The translations under genes were made by a program, and so were the position numbers. A stretch of DNA of 64,000 nucleotides. It comes from Nanobdellota archaeon. GTDB lineage: Archaea; Nanobdellota; Nanobdellia; Pacearchaeales; GW2011-AR1. The notes below the pieces were generated by a model that ran no database searches, was not told the origin of the DNA, and was given only the letters and a program-made list of their open reading frames with translations. The DNA lies in contig JBBSXJ010000003.1 in the NCBI GenBank assembly GCA_038045825.1, positions 75,437 to 139,436 on the forward strand, in the 5' to 3' direction. Shown one piece after another: positions 46,113 through 55,671 of this stretch. Every line of letters begins with the position of its first letter. Positions within the stretch are counted from its first letter, which is position 1.

Positions 46113-47749
46113 ATAAAATTGATAAGAAATTATTGTTTGCAGCATGGTCTTGCCATGATAAATTCTACGCTCTAAACCAATGGCTTGGTCCAATAGAAAA
46201 TGTTTTCAGAGAAACTTTATCCTTTGATCCTAAAGAGATTCTTTATAAACATGGCCAAGAAGAAATGAACAGTAGATTTTTGCGCTTAGTTGAAAAAGAA
46301 AAACCAGATTATATATTGTTCTGGATAATTTATGATGAGTTTTATTTGAACACTTTTGAGAAAATAAGAGAAATGTCGCCTAAAACAATGCTTTTGAACT
46401 TCTTCGGAGACGATGATGTAGCATTTCGTAACTCTTCAAGATTTTATTCTCTTTTTTTTGACTATTGCCTAATCTTCCAAATGAATTACCTTGATTTATA
46501 CAAAAAAGAAGGCATAAAAGATATATATCCTTTTTTTGGAGCAAATGTAGATGTATTTAAGAATAAAAAATACGCGAAAGAATTTGATGTTAGCTTTATT
46601 GGGACACCAAAAGCAAACAGATATTCGGCAATAAAATACCTTATATCTAAAGGAATAAATCTCAAAATCGCTGGTGCTGGATGGGAAAAATACCCTGACT
46701 TAAAGGACTTTTGTATTGGAAAACTGAGCACAGAAGAAAGTGTTGACTTAATTAATAAAAGCAGAATAAGTCTCTCTTTTACAAGAAATCATCTTGGGAA
46801 CTTACACTTCAACAGTAGGTTGTTTGAAATAATGGCGTGTAAATCATTTGCCCTGGGCGAGCATTTCAATGGTTATGAAGAGCTATATAGCAAGAAAGAA
46901 CTAGATATGTTTAGGGATGAAAAAGAGCTTGTTAAAAAAGTCAAGTATTACTTGGGAAATGAAAAAGAAAGGGAAAAAATGGCAGAAAGAGCCTATAGAA
47001 AGACAATAAATAACTTTTCATATGAAAACCAGCTAAAAAAAATATTCTCATCTATTTTAAAGAACGATAAAAAGAACAAGCCCTTACCAAGACTAAATGT
47101 AAATGTAAAATATCTTCGTTTGAATGATTTGAATAAAACCCCTCAACATATTATAGATATATCAAGGAACTTTGATTACATATCGTTCCATGATAAAACC
47201 AACATTATCTCTAGATACAAAGAATATTTGCAAGTCTATTCTTTATTAAAATCAAATAAGAACATTAGCTGTTGTGATTATTATTTATATAATAAGAACA
47301 TCGGAGATTATCTTTGTTTTGCCTCTTTTTCATCTTATGTAGACTCCAGCCATTATTTTCATAAATTGGTAAGCCCTTACCAGCTTGTCATAAAGAAAGA
47401 TTACTTTATTAATAATCTTGATAAATTTAAAGATTATTTACTAAAAAGAGAGGGTGCATTGATTAATAAGACTAATACTGAAATAGTATCTCTGCCTTTG
47501 ATAAAGATTACAAATAATGAAAACCCATTCATTGGAAATATAAATCAATATATCTTAAAGTTTGAAAATGAACTTAGATGCACCTATAACACCAATAAAC
47601 ATCTTATGCTAAAATATATTTATAAATTAATTCTATATTCGGGAAGGCATAGAAGCCTTATTTTAAACCAAATAATAAGACGCTCTTTGACATCTTTAAA
47701 TAATTCTCATCAGACTAAGATTGTTTCTAGTCTGCTAAGAAACATTTAG
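46109..47749 (+). CDS. CgeB-family glycosyltransferase-like protein (paralog B, tandem)
   Basis: Same architecture; 4-nt overlap with paralog A; three 100%-identical nucleotide patches shared with A. Confidence 0.6.
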   Translation: MNKIDKKLLFAAWSCHDKFYALNQWLGPIENVFRETLSFDPKEILYKHGQEEMNSRFLRLVEKEKPDYILFWIIYDEFYLNTFEKIREMSPKTMLLNFFGDDDVAFRNSSRFYSLFFDYCLIFQMNYLDLYKKEGIKDIYPFFGANVDVFKNKKYAKEFDVSFIGTPKANRYSAIKYLISKGINLKIAGAGWEKYPDLKDFCIGKLSTEESVDLINKSRISLSFTRNHLGNLHFNSRLFEIMACKSFALGEHFNGYEELYSKKELDMFRDEKELVKKVKYYLGNEKEREKMAERAYRKTINNFSYENQLKKIFSSILKNDKKNKPLPRLNVNVKYLRLNDLNKTPQHIIDISRNFDYISFHDKTNIISRYKEYLQVYSLLKSNKNISCCDYYLYNKNIGDYLCFASFSSYVDSSHYFHKLVSPYQLVIKKDYFINNLDKFKDYLLKREGALINKTNTEIVSLPLIKITNNENPFIGNINQYILKFENELRCTYNTNKHLMLKYIYKLILYSGRHRSLILNQIIRRSLTSLNNSHQTKIVSSLLRNI

Positions 47750-47810
47750 GTTTTAAGTATATTTTCAATGTTAGTAAACTTTAAAAGAAGATTATAGCTC
47801 TCAAAAATAG

Positions 47811-48491
47811 ATGGAATCTGTATTAATCACTGGCTCATCAAGAGGTCTAGGAAAGCAATTAGCATTGGTTTTCGGCTCCGCTGGATACAAAGTGATAATA
47901 CACGGTAGGGAAGAGACTGAAATAAATAAGACAAGAGATGAGCTTGAGAAATTGAATATAAACTACGATTTAGTGTTAGGGGATTTGACAAAAGGGAGTA
48001 CAATGCTTTCTCTTGAGCGCGCTGCAATTGATAACAAAATCTCTGTTTTGATAAATAACGCAGCTGTTTTATGCTCTGGCTTGGCCTTTGAAGAACTATC
48101 AGAGATGCAACAAGATGAAATATTACAGACAAATTTAATTGCACCAATTAAACTGACTGGAAGAATTTACAAGCTCTTTCTACAAAAAGGAAAGGGTAGT
48201 ATAATAAATATATCTTCATTGTCTGCTCTGGAGCCACAAAAGAAGAGAACGCTTTATTCAGCTTCTAAGTGGGGTTTACGCGGTTTTACAGATGTCTTGA
48301 GACTAGAAGCGGAAGAGCGAGGTATAACTGTAATTGGTGTTTATGCTAGCAGAATAAAGACAAGACCTGAGCATAGTTATGGTATCGAAGCAGAATATGT
48401 TGCGAAAAAAATCTATGAACATTTTGCCTCTGGAAAAAAAGATAATTTAATACTAGATGAAAGACCCCCAGAGTTCAGGAGAAAGATATGA
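47811..48491 (+). CDS. short-chain dehydrogenase/reductase (classical SDR)
   Basis: ITGSSRGLG, NNAA, YSASK motifs. Confidence 0.8.
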   Translation: MESVLITGSSRGLGKQLALVFGSAGYKVIIHGREETEINKTRDELEKLNINYDLVLGDLTKGSTMLSLERAAIDNKISVLINNAAVLCSGLAFEELSEMQQDEILQTNLIAPIKLTGRIYKLFLQKGKGSIINISSLSALEPQKKRTLYSASKWGLRGFTDVLRLEAEERGITVIGVYASRIKTRPEHSYGIEAEYVAKKIYEHFASGKKDNLILDERPPEFRRKI

Positions 48492-49495
48492 AAAAAGCCA
48501 TTATTACAGGAGTCACTGGTATGGTTGGGTCTCATTTGGCAGATTATTTGATGGCAAACACAGATTGGAAAATATATGGTTTTTGCCGCTGGAATGATCC
48601 TCTTGATAATATTGAGCATTTGTCACCTGAAATCAATAAAGGAAATAGAGTTAAGTTGGTTTATGGAGATTTGAATGATTCTGCTTCATTAGATGAATTA
48701 GTTAGATTTTCAGAGCCTGATTTTGTTTTTCATCTTGCTGCACAATCTTATCCAAAAACCAGTTTCAGCGCACCATTTGAAACATTGGAGACAAATATTA
48801 TAGGTACAGCTAGATTACTAGAGGCAATAAGAAAGTCCAAGTATGAACCTGCAATTCATGTATGTGCCTCATCTGAAGTATTTGGTAGAGTACCTAAAGA
48901 AGAATTACCTATAAATGAAAATTGCAGATTCCATCCAGCTTCTCCGTATGCTATTTCCAAAGTAGGCACTGATTTAGTAGGGAGATTTTATGCAGAGGCA
49001 TATAAAATGAAAGTAATGACTACAAGAATGTTTACCCATACTGGACCAAGAAGAGGAGACGTATTTGCCGAATCTTCATTTGCTAAACAGATAGCCATGA
49101 TAGAAAGAGAATCAATTCCTCCAATTTTATATACGGGCAACTTGGAATCACTTCGTACATGGGCTGATGTTCGAGATGCTGTAAGAGCGTATCATATGCT
49201 ACTGACAGTTAACCCTATACCTGGGGAATATTATAACATTGGTGGTGATTTTTCTTGTACTGTAAGAGATATGCTTTCACATCTTCTAAGTAAATCAACA
49301 AGGAAAGACATTAGGGTATTGACAGACCAAGAGCGCTTAAGACCTATTGATGCAGACTTGCAAGTCCCAGACACTAGAAAGTTTACAGAGCACACAGGAT
49401 GGAGACCGGAAATAAAATTTGAACAAACCATGGATGATTTGCTTGGATATTGGAGAGATAGAGTAAACTCAGGCAGACAATTCTTGAATAGATAA
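48488..49495 (+). CDS. NAD-dependent epimerase/dehydratase (GDP-mannose-4,6-dehydratase-like extended SDR)
   Basis: ITGVTGMVGSHLADYL, SPYAISKV (Y-x3-K), THTGPRRG. Confidence 0.8.
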   Translation: MKKAIITGVTGMVGSHLADYLMANTDWKIYGFCRWNDPLDNIEHLSPEINKGNRVKLVYGDLNDSASLDELVRFSEPDFVFHLAAQSYPKTSFSAPFETLETNIIGTARLLEAIRKSKYEPAIHVCASSEVFGRVPKEELPINENCRFHPASPYAISKVGTDLVGRFYAEAYKMKVMTTRMFTHTGPRRGDVFAESSFAKQIAMIERESIPPILYTGNLESLRTWADVRDAVRAYHMLLTVNPIPGEYYNIGGDFSCTVRDMLSHLLSKSTRKDIRVLTDQERLRPIDADLQVPDTRKFTEHTGWRPEIKFEQTMDDLLGYWRDRVNSGRQFLNR

Positions 49496-49509
49496 AATAT
49501 TGTTTCTTG

Positions 49510-50016
49510 CTAGGAATTTTTTATCTTTTCAACGATTCTTGATGTAGAGATATTATCAAACTCTTTAGGACATGTGCGTTTAAGAACTTCAACTTGAACA
49601 TTATATTTTTTTGCTATCTCTTTTCTTAGATCTATATCAAATGCATCATCATTCATTGCCCAAATATCTGGTTTTAATGATTCAAATACTGGAAAAAGCA
49701 CGGAAAGTATGCTTCCATTATATTTACCATCTTTGGGGGGAATATCCAGCATCGTATAATCTACATACTTTAGAGAATCAACAGTCTTTAATCTTACATT
49801 CTCATTTAATATAGGTCTATTTTCTCCCTTATATTTTTTAGTAGTCTTATCATCACCAATAGAAACGAAAACAATATCTCCTAATTTCTTACAATCTTCA
49901 AAGAATAATATATGACCTGCATGCATCAAGTCAAATGTACCTGAGCAAAATACTATTTTCTCATTTTTATGCTTTTCTCTTATTTCTGGAAGTTTGGATA
50001 GATCTATTATAACCAT
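49510..50016 (-). CDS. cytidylyl/adenylyltransferase (TagD / RfaE-domain-II family)
   Basis: CSGTFDLMHAGHILFF (H-x-G-H nucleotidyltransferase motif), 168 aa. Confidence 0.7.
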   Translation of the reverse strand: MVIIDLSKLPEIREKHKNEKIVFCSGTFDLMHAGHILFFEDCKKLGDIVFVSIGDDKTTKKYKGENRPILNENVRLKTVDSLKYVDYTMLDIPPKDGKYNGSILSVLFPVFESLKPDIWAMNDDAFDIDLRKEIAKKYNVQVEVLKRTCPKEFDNISTSRIVEKIKNS

Positions 50017-50229
50017 AAAAACTTTTTATTTATATGGTATTTAAAGTTTGCTAGATATGTAAAGTAAACAAATTTAGAGGATCAAAAGCTCTTTGGTCTG
50101 CTCCGATTATGATGACAGGGATAGCAACTCAATATAATTTCATTGAAGCTCACGGGACAATAGATAAAGTTCCGCGTGATTGTGCGGGCGTTAATTTAGC
50201 TCTCTGATGAAATAAATGGTTAGATTTGA

Positions 50230-50541
50230 TTAGACTTTCTGTCTTGAATAATCCATCCTTAAGGAAAGAGCTAATATAAAAACTAAAAATATTGTTGTAT
50301 TCAAGGAGATAAAATAGGATAATCTCAAATCTTCCCTATCTTGAGAACAAAATCCAAGTGATAAATATGTGTTTAAACTATCCAAGAAGTTAATCTCCTC
50401 TTGGCAAGTGGCATAATCGAATTCATCTAAATCTTTCCTATCTGGATAAGTAAAGATAATGAAATGAAGAATAATAATAACCGATAGAATTTTTGAGAAG
50501 ATGCTTACATTAAAATTCATAAAGAGGGAAGAGCTATCCAA
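50230..50541 (-). CDS. questionable small membrane ORF
   Basis: 103-aa ORF in a 600-nt gap; low complexity, no support other than its length. Confidence 0.25.
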   Translation of the reverse strand: MDSSSLFMNFNVSIFSKILSVIIILHFIIFTYPDRKDLDEFDYATCQEEINFLDSLNTYLSLGFCSQDREDLRLSYFISLNTTIFLVFILALSLRMDYSRQKV

Positions 50542-50626
50542 CTTAAAAATCTGTCGATTAGGTGATGTTAACTTTACCGCTTACTAAATCCAAAAATATA
50601 TATAGCTTATCTAAGCCCCTTGATTG

Positions 50627-52720
50627 ATGGGAACAGATGTAAAGAAGGTAAAGCTTGTTCAGATTAATGGTGGACCAAGCGGGCAGAACTATTTACCACT
50701 TTCTGCTGCATATATGCAGACTCATGCACAAAAAAACCTTCCTTCTTCAGATAAGTTTGATTTTTCACTTCCAATTTATACAAGAATGCCTGTCGATGAT
50801 GCAGTTGAGAGATTAGTGGATGCTGATATTGCTGGATTTAGCACTTATGTATGGAATTTTAATCTTTCGGTACAAATAGCTAAAAAACTTAAACAAGCAA
50901 ACCCTGATACTTTGATTGTTTTTGGAGGACCACATGTTCCGGAGAGAAACACTTGGGAATTTTTTAAAGAACACCCTTATGTTGATGTTGCAGTTGCAGG
51001 AGAAGGAGAACTAGCTTTTACTTCCATTTTAGAAAATTATCCTGGTGTTGTTCCATCTGATGTTCCCAACATTAGAGACATTGTTGCAATTAGAAGATAT
51101 CTTCAAGAAAAAGTATTTGTCGGGGTAGATGATAAAATTGCACGGAGAAGAATTGATAAAACAATTGATAGCTTAGTTAGGTCTGGTTCGTGGGGAGAGG
51201 TATCTACTGTAAACTTCCAAAAAGATGGAGGGGTTTTTGTCCATCCAACTTCAAGAAGGATATCTGATTTAAATGAGGTACCATCGCCTTATTTGAATGG
51301 AGCGTTTAGAGATTTAATGGAGGCACACCCCGAAGAAAATTGGACAGCTATATGGGAGACAAACAGAGGATGTCCGTTCGATTGTTCTTTCTGTGATTGG
51401 GGATCAATGGCAAAAGATAAGATGGTTAAAATAGAAGATGATCGTCTTGCAGCTGAGCAGGACTGGTTTAGCCGAAACAAGATTGAAGTTGTATGGTGTG
51501 CTGATTCAAATTTTGGAATGTATGGTAAGAGAGATCTTGTTATTGCTCAAAGAATGGCAGAAAATAATAGAAAACATGGGTATCCTAAATTTTTCACTGT
51601 ACAGGGAACTAAAAATCCAAACGAAGAAGCATATCAGACTCAGAAAGTTTTAGATGAATCTGGTCTTAGCAGAGGAGTTCTAATTGCATTTCAATCTCTG
51701 CATCCACCGACACTTGAAGCAGTTCATAGAAGCAATATAAGTCTCGAGAGATTCTTTGAATTTCAAAGAAGATATGCGAAAGAGGGAGTAGACACTTTCT
51801 CAGATCTTATAATTCCGCTACCTGAGGAAACTTATGAAAGCTTTACAACAGGTATCTCTAAGTTGATTGAAAGCGGACAACATGGAAGAATTCAATTCAA
51901 CAATTTGTCTATTTTACCAAATCCTCCGATGGCTGATCCAGCTTATATTGCAAAGTATCAACTTGATATAGTTGAGACTCCTACGGTAAATATTCATGGT
52001 CCGATAAAAACTGATAATGATGATGTTCAGGAAACACAAGAATTAGTAGTTGCTACGAGCACAATGTCGAGAAAAGAATATGTTGATGCTAAATCTTTTG
52101 CTTGCATGACTTCATTGCTTCATTTTGATAAGCTATTACAGATACCATCTATCCTTGCACATAGTACTTATGGTTTAAGTTATAAACAAATTTTTGATGC
52201 ATTTAGAGCACAGAAAGGTTCTGAAAACCCTGTAATATCTGGAATTAACCGTGCATTTGAGGAAAAAGCTAGAGCTATTCAAGGTGGATCTCCTGAATTT
52301 TGCCCTTCTGAAGAATGGCTTGGAGTATATTGGTATCCTGATGAGCATGCGTTTATTGATTTAGTTGCTAATAGAAAACTAGATCAATTCTACCGAGAAG
52401 CAAGAGGACTTATGGGCAAACTTATAGGAGAGGAAATTTTAGGTGGGACTATTATGGATGATGCATTAAGACTAAACAGTCAATTGCTTAGACTGCCTAG
52501 TCCTCCGAGCTCTCTGGAAATAGAAACCGCTCATAATGTATGGGAATTGTATAAATCAATGTTAGCAAGTGATCCTGTTGAGCCTTCAAATAAAGGTTTC
52601 AAGTATAGAATCGATGTTGATGATCAATGGGGTTCTATGGATGAATGGCTAAAGAAAATGGTATGGCAACAAAACAAGAAAGGAGCTTATATTTATTCTT
52701 GTTCTCCAATTTCAGATTAG
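50627..52720 (+). CDS. B12-binding-domain radical SAM enzyme
   Basis: N-terminal cobalamin-binding-like Rossmann domain (IAGFSTYVWNFNLSV...IVFGGPHV). C-x3-C-x2-C (CPFDCSFC) is encoded at 51371-51394. The ~250-aa C-terminal extension is unassigned. Start taken as ATG 50627. Confidence 0.8.
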   Translation: MGTDVKKVKLVQINGGPSGQNYLPLSAAYMQTHAQKNLPSSDKFDFSLPIYTRMPVDDAVERLVDADIAGFSTYVWNFNLSVQIAKKLKQANPDTLIVFGGPHVPERNTWEFFKEHPYVDVAVAGEGELAFTSILENYPGVVPSDVPNIRDIVAIRRYLQEKVFVGVDDKIARRRIDKTIDSLVRSGSWGEVSTVNFQKDGGVFVHPTSRRISDLNEVPSPYLNGAFRDLMEAHPEENWTAIWETNRGCPFDCSFCDWGSMAKDKMVKIEDDRLAAEQDWFSRNKIEVVWCADSNFGMYGKRDLVIAQRMAENNRKHGYPKFFTVQGTKNPNEEAYQTQKVLDESGLSRGVLIAFQSLHPPTLEAVHRSNISLERFFEFQRRYAKEGVDTFSDLIIPLPEETYESFTTGISKLIESGQHGRIQFNNLSILPNPPMADPAYIAKYQLDIVETPTVNIHGPIKTDNDDVQETQELVVATSTMSRKEYVDAKSFACMTSLLHFDKLLQIPSILAHSTYGLSYKQIFDAFRAQKGSENPVISGINRAFEEKARAIQGGSPEFCPSEEWLGVYWYPDEHAFIDLVANRKLDQFYREARGLMGKLIGEEILGGTIMDDALRLNSQLLRLPSPPSSLEIETAHNVWELYKSMLASDPVEPSNKGFKYRIDVDDQWGSMDEWLKKMVWQQNKKGAYIYSCSPISD

Positions 52721-52792
52721 ATTTATATTAAGTTCTTTAAAATATAAAAACTTAAAAAGGTAGTTTTTAGCCAAGGATGGTGGCTGATTAGA

Positions 52793-54760
52793 ATGAATAT
52801 ATACAAAGACAAAAAGATTCTTGTAACCGGTGGTACTGGGATGATTGGTATTCCTTTGGTAAAACTCTTAATAGCACATGGTGCTAAGGTTAGAATTGTT
52901 TCTCTTGATGATGGTACTCTTGCGCATCCTGAGGCTGAATTTCTCAAATTAGACCTTACTGAATATGATAATTGCCTGAAGGCATGTGAAGGTATGGATT
53001 ATATATTTCACTTAGCTGGAATAAAAGGCTCACCAAAAATAATCCAAGAGAAGCCTGCAACTTTTTACGAAGCAATGATATTATTCAACACTAATATGCT
53101 TAGAGCTGCTAGAAAAACACCTACAATTGAAAGATATCTTTATACTAGTAGCGTTGGAGTATATTCTCCATTTATGGCTGATGGCTCAAATGCAGAAGTT
53201 TTTTATGAAGATGAAGTCTGGAAAACATTCCCTTCTGAAAACGACAAAGCTCCTGGATGGGCAAAAAGAATGGGGGAAATGCAATGCGAATCTGTAGAGA
53301 GAGAAAATCCCAAGATAAAATTCTCAATAGTAAGACCTGCAAATGTTTACGGACCTTACGATAATTTTGATCCAAAGAACTCAATGGTTGTTCCTGCGAA
53401 CATCAAAAGAGCAGTGGATGGAGAAAATCCTTTTGTTGCATGGGGAGATGGTAGCCCTATAAGAGATTTCATTCATGCAAAAGACGTTGCACTTGGAATG
53501 ATTGCTGCGATGGAAAAATCTCCTGGTGCAAAACACCCAATAAACCTAGGAAGTGGAACAGGTTATAGAATTAAAGATCTTGTTGAAACCATAGTAAATA
53601 ATTTAGAAAATAAACCTCAAATTCACTGGGACACAACTAAACCTAGTGGAGATAAAAAAAGACTTTTTGATATTAAACGCGCGAAAGAGACCATTAATTG
53701 GTCGCCTACAATAAGCCTGAATGATGGTATCAAAGAAACCATGGAATGGTACCAGAAAAACAAAGATATAGTAAATAAAAGATATAATGTTTTTACAGAC
53801 AATAAAAAAGAAAAAAAGAAGGTTCTTGTTTGTGGCGCGACTGGATTTATTGGAAGAAATATAGCAGAAAGCTTGTGTGAAAATGAAGAATATGAAGTTT
53901 ACGGAACATATCTTAAGTCTGAACCATTGACTAATCCTAAAATAAAAATGATTAAAATTGAATTAACAAATAAAGAAGAAGTTGACAAAATAATGCAAGG
54001 CAAAGATATTATAATTCAAGCTGCTGCAACTACTTCTGGCTCAAAAGATATTCTTACTAGACCTTACATTCATGTAGCAGATAATGCAATTATGAATTCA
54101 GTCATCTTTAGGTCCGCTCACGATCATAAAGTTGGACATGTTGTATTCTTTAGTTGCTCTGTGATGTACCAATCTTCTCCTATTCCTTTAAAGGAAAGTG
54201 ACTTTGATGCTAGCAAAGAAATATTCAAGAGTTACTTTGGAGTTGGGTGGACTAAAGTTTACATTGAAAAGATGTGTGAGTTTTATTCCAGACTTGGAAA
54301 CACCAAATATACTACAATAAGGCACACAAATGTTTATGGACCGCATGATAAATATGACCTTGAAAAATCTCATGTATTCGGAGCAACTATGACAAAGGTT
54401 CTTACATCTAAAGACAATAAACTCAGAGTTTGGGGAACAGGAGAAGAAGAAAGGGATTTAATTTATGTTGCAGATTTGGTTGATTTTGTAGAAAAAGCGA
54501 TTAAAATGCAAACCACTCCTTTTGAATTAGTGAATGTTGGAGCTGGAAAAGCTGTTTCAATAAGAAACTTGGCTGAAAGAATCATAAATCACTCACGCTT
54601 GCCTATTGAAATGGAATTTGATACTTCTAAACCAACAATTAAAACTTCATTATCATTGAACTGCGAGAAAGCGAAGAACGTGTTTGGATGGGAATGTAAA
54701 ACACCGCTAGATGAAGGCATCAGACAAACAATGGACTGGTACAGAAAAAATCTTCTTTAA
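52793..54760 (+). CDS. tandem double extended-SDR (two NAD-dependent epimerase/dehydratase domains in one polypeptide)
   Basis: Two Rossmann starts (ILVTGGTGMIG at residue ~9, VLVCGATGFIG at ~345). Each is followed by a (R/H)-x-x-NVYGP-x-D block (RPANVYGPYD, HTNVYGPHD). Confidence 0.75.
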   Translation: MNIYKDKKILVTGGTGMIGIPLVKLLIAHGAKVRIVSLDDGTLAHPEAEFLKLDLTEYDNCLKACEGMDYIFHLAGIKGSPKIIQEKPATFYEAMILFNTNMLRAARKTPTIERYLYTSSVGVYSPFMADGSNAEVFYEDEVWKTFPSENDKAPGWAKRMGEMQCESVERENPKIKFSIVRPANVYGPYDNFDPKNSMVVPANIKRAVDGENPFVAWGDGSPIRDFIHAKDVALGMIAAMEKSPGAKHPINLGSGTGYRIKDLVETIVNNLENKPQIHWDTTKPSGDKKRLFDIKRAKETINWSPTISLNDGIKETMEWYQKNKDIVNKRYNVFTDNKKEKKKVLVCGATGFIGRNIAESLCENEEYEVYGTYLKSEPLTNPKIKMIKIELTNKEEVDKIMQGKDIIIQAAATTSGSKDILTRPYIHVADNAIMNSVIFRSAHDHKVGHVVFFSCSVMYQSSPIPLKESDFDASKEIFKSYFGVGWTKVYIEKMCEFYSRLGNTKYTTIRHTNVYGPHDKYDLEKSHVFGATMTKVLTSKDNKLRVWGTGEEERDLIYVADLVDFVEKAIKMQTTPFELVNVGAGKAVSIRNLAERIINHSRLPIEMEFDTSKPTIKTSLSLNCEKAKNVFGWECKTPLDEGIRQTMDWYRKNLL

Positions 54761-54782
54761 AATTTTAATAAAAATTACTAAA

Positions 54783-55634
54783 TTACTTGCGAGCAGGTTT
54801 ATAGTCTAACGTTGGGTCTGACTCATAAGCTGCGTATGATTCTCTAACAGGAGTTGAAAGTTTTAACGCTCTGTCTCTAGGAGCATGCATTAAAGGCTCT
54901 GGCAATCCAAGAATTTCTCCAAGTATGAACGGCGTGCAGTGAGCTGTCAAATAAGCTTTATTTATTGCTATTTCTCCATCTATTCCTTTAACTAATTGAT
55001 CTCTTGTAAGAATTCTTAATCCCCCCTCTGTTACTAATCTAAATCCTCTGTGCATCCAATGCGTAGTTCTATCCATCATGTCTTGAGGTATTTCAGAATA
55101 ATATACGCTAAAAATAGCTCCATGTGCTCTTGTTATCAATCCTTTTGAAATAGCTTCTTCTCTTTTCTTTGGAGGTAGTAAGTCTAAAACTCCGGCTTCT
55201 GTCAAACCATTTCCTACTCCTGCTAAATAATCCCTCATAGTAATCCCTTCTGTCAATAAATGAAAGTCGGCGTAAGGTCTTGCACCATCTAAAATTGCGT
55301 CTCTTATTTTATGTATTTCATCTAATGGTGCAAAAGGAGTAGTTGTATCTCTCAAGGGTTCCCCATGTGGGGCTTCATTATTGAATTCTTCTATTACTTC
55401 TCTCTCCCATGTTTCCCATGGACTAGAATCTTTAGGAATAGGATTTCCCCCAATAGTATTTGAAGACAATCTATAAGGAAGTGCAGGATAAGTAGAATCA
55501 TATCTTGTAAACATGAATTCATCTGATTCACGAGATTTTACAACTGCAACACTTGGGTGGTGGTTAACTATTTTGCTCATTCGTCTAGTCAAATAAGCTG
55601 ATTTATAATCTTTGTGCAAGGCCTGAATGAACAA
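54783..55634 (-). CDS. hypothetical protein
   Basis: 283 aa. Composition is richer in R/P/G/A/H than most of the window; no family recognised. Confidence 0.5.
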   Translation of the reverse strand: MFIQALHKDYKSAYLTRRMSKIVNHHPSVAVVKSRESDEFMFTRYDSTYPALPYRLSSNTIGGNPIPKDSSPWETWEREVIEEFNNEAPHGEPLRDTTTPFAPLDEIHKIRDAILDGARPYADFHLLTEGITMRDYLAGVGNGLTEAGVLDLLPPKKREEAISKGLITRAHGAIFSVYYSEIPQDMMDRTTHWMHRGFRLVTEGGLRILTRDQLVKGIDGEIAINKAYLTAHCTPFILGEILGLPEPLMHAPRDRALKLSTPVRESYAAYESDPTLDYKPARK

Positions 55635-55671
55635 TAAACTATTTATATTGTAAATAAAAACATTTCTGATT

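Noticed and set aside
50100-50215. Archaeal C/D-box sRNA (ATGATGA at ~50109, CTGATGA at ~50206)
   Set aside because: The box spacing of about 90 nt is far larger than the 50-70 nt of archaeal C/D sRNAs, and I could not find properly placed D'/C' boxes.
54783-55634. Calling the orphan protein a Nudix hydrolase on the basis of REVIEE
   Set aside because: Only the R-E-U-x-E-E core matches. The G-x5-E-x7 part of the Nudix box is not in register, so this is kept only as a weak note.
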